This document shows, piece by piece, positions 41,101 to 64,000 of a DNA stretch of 64,000 bases. Where the stretch lies: contig CM022667.1 in assembly GCA_012295275.1 (NCBI GenBank), positions 7,130,001 through 7,194,000 of the forward strand, read 5' to 3'. Each line of letters starts with the position of its first letter. Positions within the stretch are counted from its first letter, which is position 1. The notes beneath the pieces were generated by a model, which ran no database searches, was not told where the DNA came from, and was given only the letters and a program-made list of their open reading frames with translations. The stretch comes from Chrysomallon squamiferum (Eukaryota; Animalia; Mollusca). Made by a program: the position numbers and the translations under genes.

Positions 41101-41900
41101 TTATATTAAATAGACATATGAACATTAATACTAAATAGAAGTATGAACATTCACTTTAAGTAGGCTTATGTACATTTATATTAAATAGGCGTATGAAGAT
41201 TAACATTAAATAGCTGTTTGAATCTTGACACTAAATGAAATAGATGCACTAAATCGTATACTTTTTTCAGTCTACCTGCCATCATTTAATATTGCTTTAG
41301 TACTACAACTACTACCAATTTATCCTACACACTAACTTTAGTGCACAAGACCTAATTAAATCTAAGTGTCACTGCATACATAACGTGCTATGACGTCATT
41401 TTATACGCCTTAACTTAGAACAATACATTCACTGTAATGTCTATTGACACCGTACACCACAAACAATTATATTACATCTGAATTAAGTTAGCATTGTAAA
41501 ATAAATAATTTGATTAAATTTAGAGACGAACCTATAATAATAGAATTATGATAAACTAAAATTTAAATGAATTGTTCTCATAGCTTACTTGGGACTATTT
41601 CATTTACTACTGATTAACAGGACTTATTTAAACTTTTGATTGTAAGGGTAAAATCCATCAAACCTGTTTTACGTGTTTTGGGTGAAAAGTTACAGAATCA
41701 TTGCTGTCCTGCTCAAGGACGCTTGATCTTGTAGTTCGTCGAGACGGTGTCAAAACAACATCTTCGGAGGTACCACAGTGTTTTTGACGCGTCTCCATAT
41801 TTGACATAATATAGCCATAGGCTGCATTTATTTTACGTGAATGGAACTGTGCCCTTTCCCTAAGATCGATGAACTTAACGTTCTTTAAAAATGACGTCAT
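35173..41900 (-). CDS. Uncharacterised ~1,660-aa protein: long Ser/Thr-rich disordered region, one divergent HMG box, C-terminal helical domain; 5 exons
   Basis: Exons (minus): 41664-41900; 37003-40469; 36732-36872; ~36395-36569; 35173-36134; GT-AG with consistent phases. HMG-like segment HACVLWSSEHRRHYHLLHPEADFSQLDNILRKHWEELLPTEKIRYFNRA; many TP/SP sites plus RRSPRL and KRSQRL motifs. Confidence 0.8.
40690..41250. repeat. Degenerate ~25-30-bp intronic minisatellite (catttacactaaataggtgtatgaa)
   Basis: About 20 diverged copies in intron 1 of the HMG gene. Confidence 0.7.
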
Positions 41901-42660
41901 ATGTTGATGTTTATGACGTGGAGATACGTTTTTTTGTTCAGATCCTTTTACATTATCTTATTGAACGACATAATTATTGTTTTCTAAAATCAAAGATTTC
42001 AAAGTATTAAATATATTGTGAAACAGTTAATAATACAAACATACATACTAATTAATAGTGTATAAAAACTCATATTGCCATCACTACATCAGTATCGACA
42101 CGATAACTACTACTACTACTGTATTATTACTACCGTACTGCTGCTGCTACTATTACTACTACTACTGCTGCCGCTTTTACTACTACTATTATTTCTATTA
42201 TTACTACTAACAAATGAATGGTAATACTACAAACTGTTGATTTTCATATCTTTCATAACATTCCATACACCCAAGTCAAGCGATTTTGCCAGAAGCTTAA
42301 AAATAAAATGCAGTCAACAGATTTATATATTTTGTCTAAAGAAAGCTAAATACCTGATCTAAACTTCGCCTTCTGTGATCTAGGCTTTGGTAATGGAAAG
42401 TATTAATCACTATTGAAAAAGAAGCTTGTTTTAGATGGAAATCTAAAATATTTCTGGAACAGCAGAATTTATAATTTAAAGCGGGAAAATAGAGAAATCT
42501 GTATAGTAAGTCACAAAAAGATTTTATTACGGAGATTCACAAATTATGTAGGTGATTGTCGTTACGTGGAAATAAACGCCGACACTGATTCGGAGAAACT
42601 GGGTTAATGGCGGAAAGTACGATATCTAAATAATGTTGTTATGCCGGTGCTCTAGGCAGC
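41901..42660. promoter_or_regulatory. Putative bidirectional promoter, HMG gene (-) and KARS1 (+)
   Basis: ATGs are 760 bp apart head-to-head; CpG-retaining segment at 42480-42690. Confidence 0.55.
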
Positions 42661-54084
<11,424 letters not shown>

Positions 54085-54582
54085 TGTAATGTGAGAGACT
54101 GAACAAAGAACTTTTTGTGTCACAGCAAACATCACTGGGTTTGTTTTAAAATATGGAAGGATCTGGATTGAGTGATTACTAAAAAAATATGTTTTATTTT
54201 CATTCTGATTTTTGTCATAATGTGTTTGATAGTTTGCATCTTTTTAATAACCCTACTTACATCATGATTGTAAAATGAACTGAAAATAAAATCTGTTGTC
54301 ACTTAATTATTTTGTATTCTGAAAAAAAAAACATGATTTTTTTTTCATACTGCTTTCTTGTGGATTTACTAAAGGAAAACGTATTCTTGCACATGATTAT
54401 TTCATCTCACTGGAGCTGTCACTTTTTTTATTTGAGTAAGTTGAAGAATTGTTATCTACTTCAGTTTTACCAAAGGTATTTCTTTGTTTACAGTTCATTG
54501 TTGACACAGGTGTAATACAGCAGATCATATACACACTAACAGAAACAGTGGATCACATGACTTGTGTAATTCAACACCTATT

Positions 54583-57500
54583 CTATGTCAAGTCACTTTT
54601 TTCTTCAAATTTGTCTGACACTGAATTGTAATGTTCTCCTAATCCATATGCATAATGATGAAAGCTTAAAAAAACAAAGAAATTAAGAAAGATTAGTTTT
54701 TACATTCAACAATGTGAAAGAAAATTTAAATGCTTAACATGTTAAATTCAAATTTCTGTTTTGGTATTGAGTGGAAAATGAAAGTCATAGTAAGTAGTTG
54801 ATAAAAAAAACTAAATTGCAGGAAGATTTTATTTCACAACATTAACAAAATAAGAAAAATTGCTGTAGAATGAAATAATAATTTACTAAACAAAATATGA
54901 AAACTTACACAACTACAAGTGGCTTGGTTAGGAATTCTTCACCCAGCAGTATGGAGGGTGCTTCAGCCTGCACAACTTCAATAGGACACTTCAGTACATG
55001 TGACAAGGCTCTGAGCTAGACAGACAAGTTATTCCTAAATCAATTTTCAGTTTCTGCTTAACAAAACTCAGCAAGTTCTCCAAAGAAAACATCCTTAAAA
55101 CTTTACATTAACACTTACTTGTGATATTTGAGACTAAAACTTTACATTAATACTTACTTGTGATACTTGAGACTAAAACTTTACATTAATACTTACTTGT
55201 GATACTTCAGACTAAAACTTTACATTAACACTTGTGATATTTGAGACTAAAACTACATTAATACTTGAGACTAAAACTTCACATTAATACTTACTTGTGA
55301 TACTTGAGACTAAAACTTCACATTAATACTTACTTGTGATACTTGAGACTAAAACTTTACATTAACACTTACTTGTGATACTTCAGACTAAAACTTTACA
55401 TTAACACTTGTGATAGTTCAGAATAAAACTTTACATTAACACTTACTTGTGATACTTGAGACCAAAACTTTACATTAACACTTGTGATATTTGAGACAAA
55501 AACTTTATATTAACACTTGTGATATCTGAGACAAAAACTTTACATTAACACCTACTTGTGATATTTGAGACAAAAACTTTATATTAACACTTGTGATATC
55601 TGAGACAAAAACTTTACATTAACACCTACTTGTGATATTTGAGACAAAAACTTTATATTAACACTTGTGATATCTGAGACAAAAACTTTACATTAACACC
55701 TACTTGTGATATTTGAAGACTAAAACTTTACATAAACACTGATGCTTGAAATGACAAACTGACATTAAGAAATCTGCAAACTTAAATAAAAAATAAATAG
55801 CTACTGATGTTTTTTCATTACCTCAAGATGTCCACCCCAGGCTGATGTGCTAGCAACTTCGTCACAATAATGATTAAATTCATCTGAAAACAACAAATTG
55901 TTTTAAACCCTTTTTTTGTAAACTGAAAAACATAACAGATTTTAAATTTATTTTAAATATCCATTGAGCAACAACAACAAAAAAAGAAAAATGAAATAAT
56001 GCTGTAAATAATGGTAACTATTTTATTGTAAAATGTGTAAAAAGTACCGTGAGAGTAAACATCTCCAGAATCTGGTTTAGTGAGAAACGGCAAAAAGTCG
56101 TCCGCGTGATTCTTCATGTAGTCTGCCGTCTGCTGCCGCAGTGACTCACTGGACGTCTGCAAGTAATCACACAGATGTACACCTCATATTTCTTTTTTTT
56201 ATATAACACTTTACCTTTTGGCAATAAAGCTGAAAGATTTCACACACCTTGGTATTTTGCTGTTCCAGCTGATGAACCAGTGCATTGTACAAACTGAAAA
56301 AATTAAATTTAGTAACATTTTACTCTTAATTTATTTTTATAGTGAAATGATGGGATGTGACATGACATGACAGCTGAAACAAAGATTTTGTCATTTGTAA
56401 ATTTCTATTTTTATACTGAACTAATGAAATTTAAATAATTGTTTATCATTGTAACAACTCTTGTAAATACAAAAAATAAATTTGTTTTATCTCAGTTTCC
56501 TTTTATATGCTTTACACAGAATTTTACTGTTTATTAAAATAATGAATTCTAATATTTTTAACCTTGAATATAAAAATAATCTTACCAATTTCCATCAGAT
56601 GCAATCTGTTTAAAAATAAAAATAAAAGTTTGATAATGGTAAATTTCGGCTTGGTAGTCAGACCATATAAAGAAAAATTTTAAACAAAGAAAACTCTCTG
56701 ATACTTGACAAAACAGAAAAAGTATTAGACTTGGTAAAATAGTATTAGACTTGGTAAAATAGCATTAGACTTGATAAAAAAGTATTAGACTTGATAAAAA
56801 AGTATTAGACTTGATAAAATAGTATTAGACTTGATAAAAAAAGTATTAGACTTGATAAAAAAGTATTAGACTTGGTAAAATAGTATTAGACTTGATAAAA
56901 AAGTATTAGACTTGGTAAAATAGTATTAGACTTGATAAAAAAGTATTAGACTTGATAAAAAAAAGTATTAAACTTGATAAAACACCTTGTGTATCTGTAG
57001 ACCTCGGAGTGCTAGCAGAGATTTCAGTTTTTCACTTTCTACATTGCGTTGTCCAAACTCGTTTTGTCTGTCTTGCTCTGCTATCAGTTCACTTCTCTCT
57101 CTATCTTTTTGTGACTTCTTATCCTAGAAATAAACATATCTCTACATTAAATTAAATAATCATAATTCTACAAAATATGTTTCCTTAATTAAAAAAAATC
57201 CTGTCAAAACTGGACTATGAAAACCAGTAAAACTACACACATCCAAATTAACATACTTTATACAAACAATAAAATTAACATACACAATCAAACAACAAAA
57301 TTACCACACACAATGTCATTTACTCACTCTTCTTTTTTGTGCTTTGGAAATTCTTTTCCCTTTTTCTTTGGCCAGAGTTCCCTCCCCTGTTCCATCATCT
57401 GCAGTTACACACTGTAGCTTTTCTGTTATTTTCTGTGTCTGCAACACAAAATACCTGTTTCCTCTTAAAAATGTTACATATCTTGGTTAAAACACATTTT

Positions 57501-58399
57501 AGAAGAAAAGTGCTTATTTGTCTTCCAAGTTAATTATTTTATGAAATTCTTCTGTTCACTGACTATAAAATGATATTTTGAAAGAAACACTGAAATGTGG
57601 ACCTGTTGCGTATGACTCTCAAGTTCTTCTTCTTCCTGTTTGTGTTTCAGCTCCAGCTCTGCCTGCAGTCTGGCTATCTGTTCTGCCACCTCCTTCTTTT
57701 TCTTCTTATCTCCCTTTGGAATACTGTGTTTTAACTTCTGAATCTGACCTACAACACAGTTATAAAAATACACATTCTGTACTGTGTACTGTTACTAGGC
57801 AGTCTTCAGTCAAAAGCAAAAAAAAAAAAAAAAAAAAAAAAGAGTACATTACATTTACTTTTGTTTTCATCGAGTAATCATAATTTTAATTTGCAATTCT
57901 TATTTTCTGAAATTCTATTAAACTTAATTTAAAAATATTTATGTAACTGATAATATCAGTTATATAGATTAAGGAAAAACTTTGTTCGTTGTAATTTACA
58001 GTGAAATGGAATACAGAAATTATAATTGATTCTTTGTTCACAAAATATAAAATAATAAATATATACGTATAATTATGTTTTTAAATTATTATTTTTTAAG
58101 TTACTAAATCAATAACAGTTTTAAGAGCTTTAATTTAGTGTTTACAAATTACACTATTACTATTACTATGTAATAGTATATTAGTATTAGAGAAATGAGA
58201 TATTATAATAAATAGACAATCACAATCAGTCGAACGACTCGATTTTTTTATAGTCGGAGTTTAATGTTATTCCGATGACATTATACTGATAGCTAGTTAG
58301 TTGTATTTTATATATCTGTTTACCTTGAAACTCTTTTCTTTCTCTCTTCTGCCTTTGAAAAAGGTTTTCCTCTGCGTCGTTCAAACCATCGTCGGCCAT
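54583..58399 (-). CDS. OTUD6B: OTU deubiquitinase OTUD6B-like, 10 exons
   Basis: Exons (minus): 58324-58399, 57603-57748 ([12 protein letters not shown]), 57328-57438, 56986-57123, 56586-56605 (IASDGNC, catalytic Cys loop), 56248-56293, 56048-56156 (LRQQTADYM...DDFLPFL), 55822-55883 (AWGGHLE), 54909-55015, 54583-54664 ([13 protein letters not shown]). Confidence 0.95.
55095..55740. repeat. 35/39-bp intronic minisatellite (aaaactttacattaacacttacttgtgatacttgagact)
   Basis: About 17 copies inside an OTUD6B intron. Confidence 0.93.
56718..56982. repeat. 20-bp minisatellite (agtattagacttgataaaaa) abutting an OTUD6B donor
   Basis: About 13 copies ending at the 5' splice site at 56985. Confidence 0.92.
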
Positions 58400-58608
58400 C
58401 TCAAGTTTCGATTTGTCTTGTTTATTACGATTCGTAAACACCCAATAAATCTGTGTCAAGCAATCGAGGCTCAGCGCACATGCGTTGAACTCTTTTGAAA
58501 ATAAGAACATGATCAGCCTAAACACGGAACAACTGTGTGCTTTTTGATAGATAATGCAAAGGATATTTGTAGCGACGTTTAAAAATACTTTAAATTAACA
58601 TAATTAAG
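58400..58608. promoter_or_regulatory. Compact bidirectional promoter, OTUD6B and RABGGTA
   Basis: Inferred start codons about 210 bp apart head-to-head; CpGs retained. Confidence 0.65.
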
Positions 58609-61600
58609 ATGGTAATATTAGTTTCTTCTTCTTGTTTTCTCCCCAGAATACTTAATTATGATTTACTTTTTTCTTTTCTTTTTTTTCAGTAGAAATATTA
58701 AGACAAAATAATAAAAGCAAGAAATTGTAGGCGTTAATAGTATTAGTACTTTTGCTATTAGTAATAACACTAGAACTTCTCATTCCACTACTATTACAAT
58801 AATGAAAATGTTATCGTTTAAATATCCCAGTTGTGATTAATAACATGTAAACATTCTGCATTTGTTTTTATGATTTTTATGTAGAAAACGAACAGAACGT
58901 AACGTAAATATTCGTGCTACTGTAGGAACACATTTTGTCCCCTCTTATTTTAGCATGGACGACTTAAAGTGAAAACTACAGCTGAACAAAAGGAGGCAAA
59001 GAGAAAAGAGCGGGAAAAGAAACTGAAAATCTATAATGCAGCAACAGCAACAATTTTTGAAAAGGTGTGCAATTTTATCCTGATACACGATGAACAGAAA
59101 GTAATTGTTTCTAGTAGTTACATCCAGTACTCTCTCCCATTTTTAATATAATGTCCTTAATTACTGCATGAGACAGCTGCCTGTAATGTAATGTAATCTT
59201 CTGTATTGCTGTGACATGTAATCTGATGTTTGTCAAAAGTACATACTGAGAGTCTGAACAGACAGTAAAACTTGGTTAATGGATTTCATTTTCTTTACGT
59301 CTGACAACACCCACAAAAAAACATCTCACACCCCAGAAATAAAAAATAAAAAACCAATAACAAATCCACTTAAAACAGTAAATAAGTATTTTTGTAAGAA
59401 GATGTGGGAAAAAATGTTGTGTTCTAAAACAAGTTGCAGAAAAAGCAAAGTATACTAATTTTAACATTTTACCTACTTGGATATTGCATATTTAAAAAAG
59501 ATAATTGAATTGTTTCAGAAATCAAGGGGTGAATGTGATTAGGAGGGCTTGTATATTGCATATTTAAAAGAGCTAATTGAATAGTTTCAGAAATCAAGGG
59601 GTGAATGTGATGAGGAGGGTTTGGATATTGCATATTTAAAAGAGCTAATTGAATTGTTTCAGAAATCAAGGGGTGAATATGATGAGGAGGGCTTGTCTGT
59701 CGCTGGAGAGATTCTTGCCATCAACTCAGACTTCTACACTTTGTGGAATTACAGAAAAGAAACTTTTCTACATTTTCTTAAATCCAAGTAAGATATCTTT
59801 TTATTTCTTCACATAGCTGTGTGTTTGTACAGGTTGTGTCTGTGTGTATTTAGATTGAAAATTGCATATATCATTTTAAAAAAAGAACAACAGTGTGTCT
59901 GTTTGCTCATTTATTTTGATTATTTTTACAATTTACAGGCCTAGTATAGTAAACATAATTACCTTTACTGTGTTACAGAATGAAAGGTGAAGTGTTTAAA
60001 TAAAAGTAATTATATTTAGTGTGTGTTACATAATGAAAGATGAAGTGTTTAAATAAAAGTAATTACATTTAGTGTGTGTTGCAGAACAAGGGATGAACTG
60101 CAGGCATTGTTTCAGAATGAGCTCTACTTCCTAGAGACATGTTTAAAAAGTAACCCCAAATCTTATGGCACCTGGCAACATCGATGTTTTGTTCTTGACA
60201 CAATGCCAGAACCTGACTGGCAACAGGAGCTGTTGCTATGCAACAAGTTTCTGGAATATGATGAGAGGAATTGTGAGTATGAAAATATGTAAATTTGAGA
60301 TATTATGAATGCTGTACTCACAATGTCTGATTATATCAATGAAATCTTACCAGAGAGGTTTGGAAGCAACATTTTTCCTGAATACATTATTTATGTATTG
60401 CTTTGATTATTAAAATTTAATTTATTTCTAAAGATATCATATTAATTTAATTACAAGTTAAGAACGTACAATGAATTAATGTTTTATTTTTCAGTTCACT
60501 GTTGGGACTATCGTCGATTTGTTGTTAAAAGAGCCAAAGTCACAGCTGAGTCAGAGTTAGAATTTACCACTAACAAAATTAGCAACAATTTTTCAAACTA
60601 TTCATCTTGGCATTATCGCAGCAAATTGCTTCCCCTTGTTTACCCTGATCCAAGCCATCCCTCTCTAGTAAAGGAGGAAATTTTACTAGCTGGTAAAACT
60701 TGTAATAACTGGGTATTTTTTTGTGTATGGTTTAATTATCTCTATTCTGATAACACTGAAACATTTCTATCTTTTTTAGCTATTTAAATTGTTACATGTA
60801 GAACTCAAAGTAAATTAATAAAACAAAAAAGGTAAATTATTGAAAAAAAAAAAAGATAAAACAAAAACAAGACAAAACAAAACAAATTAATTTATCACTT
60901 GCTATATATATACCTATATGTTGTTCTGTAAATGTTGTATATGAACAAGTGGGGTTTATTAATCTACTAATTTTCAGTAATTTAAACTATACTTGGTATA
61001 TTTACTTTATAATCAATATAAATTTCTGTCAAGAAATATATAATGTTTTAGATTATTCTTTCTATTTTAATAGTAGAGAGAAGAAGAGCAAATGTTTTTC
61101 ATTTTCTACAGGTTTTTTTATTTTATTTATTAATTGTTTTGTAATAAAATTAAAAACTATAATTATTTGTTACTTACAGAACATGAAATTGTACAGAATG
61201 CTATTTTCACAGACCCTGACGACCAAAGTGCCTGGTTCTACCATCGCTGGCTGCTGGGCAGAGGTAGTGTTGATCTTTCTGTTTATTGTTTTATCGATTA
61301 TTTTATATCTATCTATCTATCTATCTCTCTATCTAGAAAATTATCAAGTGGAGAGAGAGAGAGAAAAAAAATAATTGATTAAAAACCAAGTATGCAACGA
61401 TTTTATTTCTGTGATTAAGTGATTTGAATGTGCATGTATAATTAATATAATTACTATTTTTTTACTAGGTCAGAAAAAACAGTATATCAGTCACATTTAT
61501 GTTTCAAGAAAGTCTACTCGGATTATTGTGTGTTTAAACAAACATATTGAGGTAAATAACAAATTAATATCCAGATGATGCTCTGGATGCAACCAGAGTG

Positions 61601-63633
61601 GTTTAAAGCTAAGAACACTATTATTGAACTGTAATATATAAACTCTTCTCTCTAACATACTAACACTGTAATATATAAACTCTTCTCTCTAACATACTAA
61701 CACTGTAATATATAAACTCTTCTCTCTAACATACTAACACTGTAATATATAAACTCTTCTCTCTAACATACTAACACTGTAATATATAAACTCTTCTCTC
61801 TAACATACTAACACTGTAATATATAAACTCTTCTCTCTAACATACTAACACTGTAATATAAAAACTCTTCTCTCTAACATACTAACACTGTAATATAAAA
61901 ACTCTTCTCTCTAACATACTAACACTGTAATATAAAAACTCTTCTCTCTAACATACTAACACTGTAATATAAAAACTCTTCAAATACATTAACATTACAT
62001 ACTCTTCTCTCTAACATACTAACACTGTATTATGCAAACTATTCTCACTACTAACATTGATATACAAACTCTTCAAATACACTAACATTACATACTCTAC
62101 TATCTAACATACTAACATTATAAAATACAAACTGTCTGAAGATACTAACATATGTGTATTCCTCTGTAATATACTAACAGAGTTGAGGTTGTATGTGTAC
62201 ATGATAAGACTAATGTTAAAGCTTATTATTTCGTCAACACAGTCAAAAAGCTGTTGTTCACGATAAGAAGTAAAATGTCTACAGTTATTTGAATTATAAA
62301 AAATAGTTTGTAATTTTTCTCACTTACTTTGAAATAACTTTGGTACTTTCAGGCTGGTGTAAAACATAAACTGGTTGTTGAAGTGAATGGGACCAAGATT
62401 GACACAGACTGGAAGAATCAGGATGGGAAGATGACATTTTCAGTTTTGTGGATATCCTTTATAAATATGACAACATCTTAAACTACACAATTATTTCATT
62501 TTCAGTTTTGAGGATATACTTTATAAATATACAACATCTTAAACTACACAATTATTTCATTTTCAGTTTTGAGGATATACTTTATAAATATACAACATCT
62601 TAAACTACATAATTATTTCATTTTCAGTTTTGAGGATATACTTTATAAATATACAACATCTTAAACTACATAATTATTTCATTTTCAGTTTTGAGGATAT
62701 ACTTTATAAATACAACATCATCTTAAACTATATAATTATTTCATTTTCAGTTTTGTGATATCCTTTATAATAAAGCAGTAATGTACTAACTTCATTGTAA
62801 TGAAAAAGCCTGGTCTGTTTGAAAGTTGTTTTTGACAGTTCAGTCATGGTGATTTGTAAACAATGGAAATGACTGCACCCTGAATTAATACAATTGAGAT
62901 TTCATGTAAATATAGCACAGTGTGAAGATCATGAATCACAAACTTTGTTTACACTCCTTGACAAAGTGAACGTAGCTGATAATGTTGAACTTCCAGGAAA
63001 CACAGAGTGTAGAGTGACAGTGAGTCTTCGTGAGCTGGGTTGTGCTGGTGAGCTCGGTTGTGCTGGTGAGGTGGTGTTGAAGCAGGACAGTCAAGGTGAA
63101 GTGTTTGTTCATGCTGGGACTGGCCACAGCATGTTCAGGTAGACATTTGTTGAGAGATTGTCTAACAAAACATTTCAAATATGATGTAGTAATCTCCATT
63201 TCTGTGCTTAATCCTTTATTTAAAGAAATTGTGTTTTCAGTGAAAAATTAAGTGTTAAATATTTGTGTTTTCAGTAAAGAATTAAGTGTTAAATATTTGT
63301 GTTTTCAGTGAAGAATTAAGTGTTAAATATTTGTGTTTTCAATGAAGAATTAAGTGTTAAATATTTGTGTTTTCAGTTAAGAATTAAGTGTTAAATATTT
63401 GTGTTTTCAGTTAAGAATTCAGTGTTAAATATTTGTGTTTTCAGTGAAGAATTAAGTGTTAAATATTTGTGTTTTCAGTGAAGAATTAAGTGTTAACTAT
63501 TTGTGTTTTCAGTTAAGAATTAAGTGTTAAATATTTGTTTTCAGTGAAGAATTAAGTATTGCAAAGTCTGAAGTTCTCCAGGCAGAGCTGACCTCAATTC
63601 AGGAACTTTACAAGTTAGAACCAGAAAACAAAT
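58609..63633 (+). CDS. RABGGTA: Rab geranylgeranyltransferase alpha subunit, 5' part (continues beyond the window)
   Basis: Exons: 58609-58611 (ATG only, inferred), 58954-59064 ([12 protein letters not shown]), 59663-59787 ([11 protein letters not shown]), 60085-60272 ([11 protein letters not shown]), 60495-60692 (HCWDYRRFV...[12 protein letters not shown]), 61180-61263 ([19 protein letters not shown]), 61469-61551, 62353-62451, 62972-63138, 63545-63633 (LEPENKW). Confidence 0.96.
59477..59696 (+). repeat. 72-bp triplication spanning a RABGGTA 3' splice site
   Basis: tttcag|aaatcaaggggtgaa with exon starts at 59519, 59591 and 59663. Confidence 0.93.
61628..62150. repeat. 37-bp intronic minisatellite (aacactgtaatatataaactcttctctctaacatact)
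   Basis: About 10 near-perfect copies plus a degenerate tail. Confidence 0.95.
62435..62772 (+). repeat. 61-bp repeat amplifying the U12 donor junction
   Basis: Units start at 62435, 62497, 62558, 62619, 62680 and 62742. Confidence 0.93.
62452..62971 (+). other. U12-type (minor spliceosome) AT-AC intron in RABGGTA
   Basis: Donor ATATCCTTT 62452-62460; branch site TCCTTGAC 62955-62962; AC 62970-62971; in-frame junction ...FSVLW|VADNVELP. Confidence 0.92.
63228..63557 (+). repeat. 34-bp repeat amplifying a RABGGTA acceptor plus the first 13 nt of the exon
   Basis: gtgttttcag|tgaagaattaagt x10; acceptor positions at 63240, 63274, 63308, (63342 mutated to AA), 63376, 63410, 63444, 63478, 63512 and 63544. 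Confidence 0.95.
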
Positions 63634-64000
63634 GTAAGTCTTAATTTTATTCATCTCTTATAAGGTTTCAGTTTTATTGTTTGTGACTAACAAATAGTTG
63701 ATTTTGATGTTAATTTATCAAAACATAGTTATTAGATTCTTATCAAAATCATGTTTAAACTATCGCTTTCTAGTTTGCATAATTTCAGTGTTATTTTTAT
63801 ATTGTTCATTCTGTGATGTAAATAACATTTTTGGTAAAAACATTTCTTGTTGCAAGAATAAAAATAACACAAATATCACATTTGTTTTGGCAGGTTTCAG
63901 CTGACTCTTTTTTCCAAACAGAACACAAGTATTTGATTTTTATAAACTAATGTAAAGTTTGTTTCTAGAGGTGATTTTATAAACTAATGTGGAGTTTGTT

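Noticed and set aside
42604-42617. E2F-binding site (TGGCGGAAA) in the KARS1/HMG promoter
   Set aside because: Imperfect match to TTTSSCGC and too short to support alone.
62894-62971. N-terminal part of ORF 62894..63142 as coding, using CAG at 62920
   Set aside because: The upstream donor is AT-type, and a consensus U12 branch site with AC at 62971 gives an in-frame junction.

Overview
This is AT-rich, intron-rich animal genomic DNA (probably an invertebrate, possibly a mollusc or other lophotrochozoan; the taxon is inferred). Most ORF-track entries are noise or exon fragments, so genes were rebuilt by hand from splice sites and reading phase. In order: the last exon of an upstream gene ending in a CaaX motif (+); E2F4/5 (-); an intronless BTB-BACK gene resembling BTBD17 (+); a 22-exon RGSL1/RGS22-like gene (+); a ~1,660-aa orphan HMG-box protein (-); lysyl-tRNA synthetase KARS1 (+); OTUD6B (-); and the 5' part of RABGGTA (+). 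Three of these pairs are head-to-head. The main unexplained pattern is that many intronic minisatellites are tandem amplifications of splice sites, including a U12 AT-AC donor in RABGGTA, so real splice sites sit in arrays of decoys. Other notable signals: a duplicated KARS1 promoter/first-exon block whose downstream copy has lost CpGs and preserves the empty site of a hAT MITE; a mitochondrial-targeting cassette exon in KARS1; a +1 frameshift in KARS1; and apparent U12-to-U2 conversion of the E2F intron. No rRNA, tRNA or CRISPR array was found. Homology calls come from recalled motifs, not database searches.
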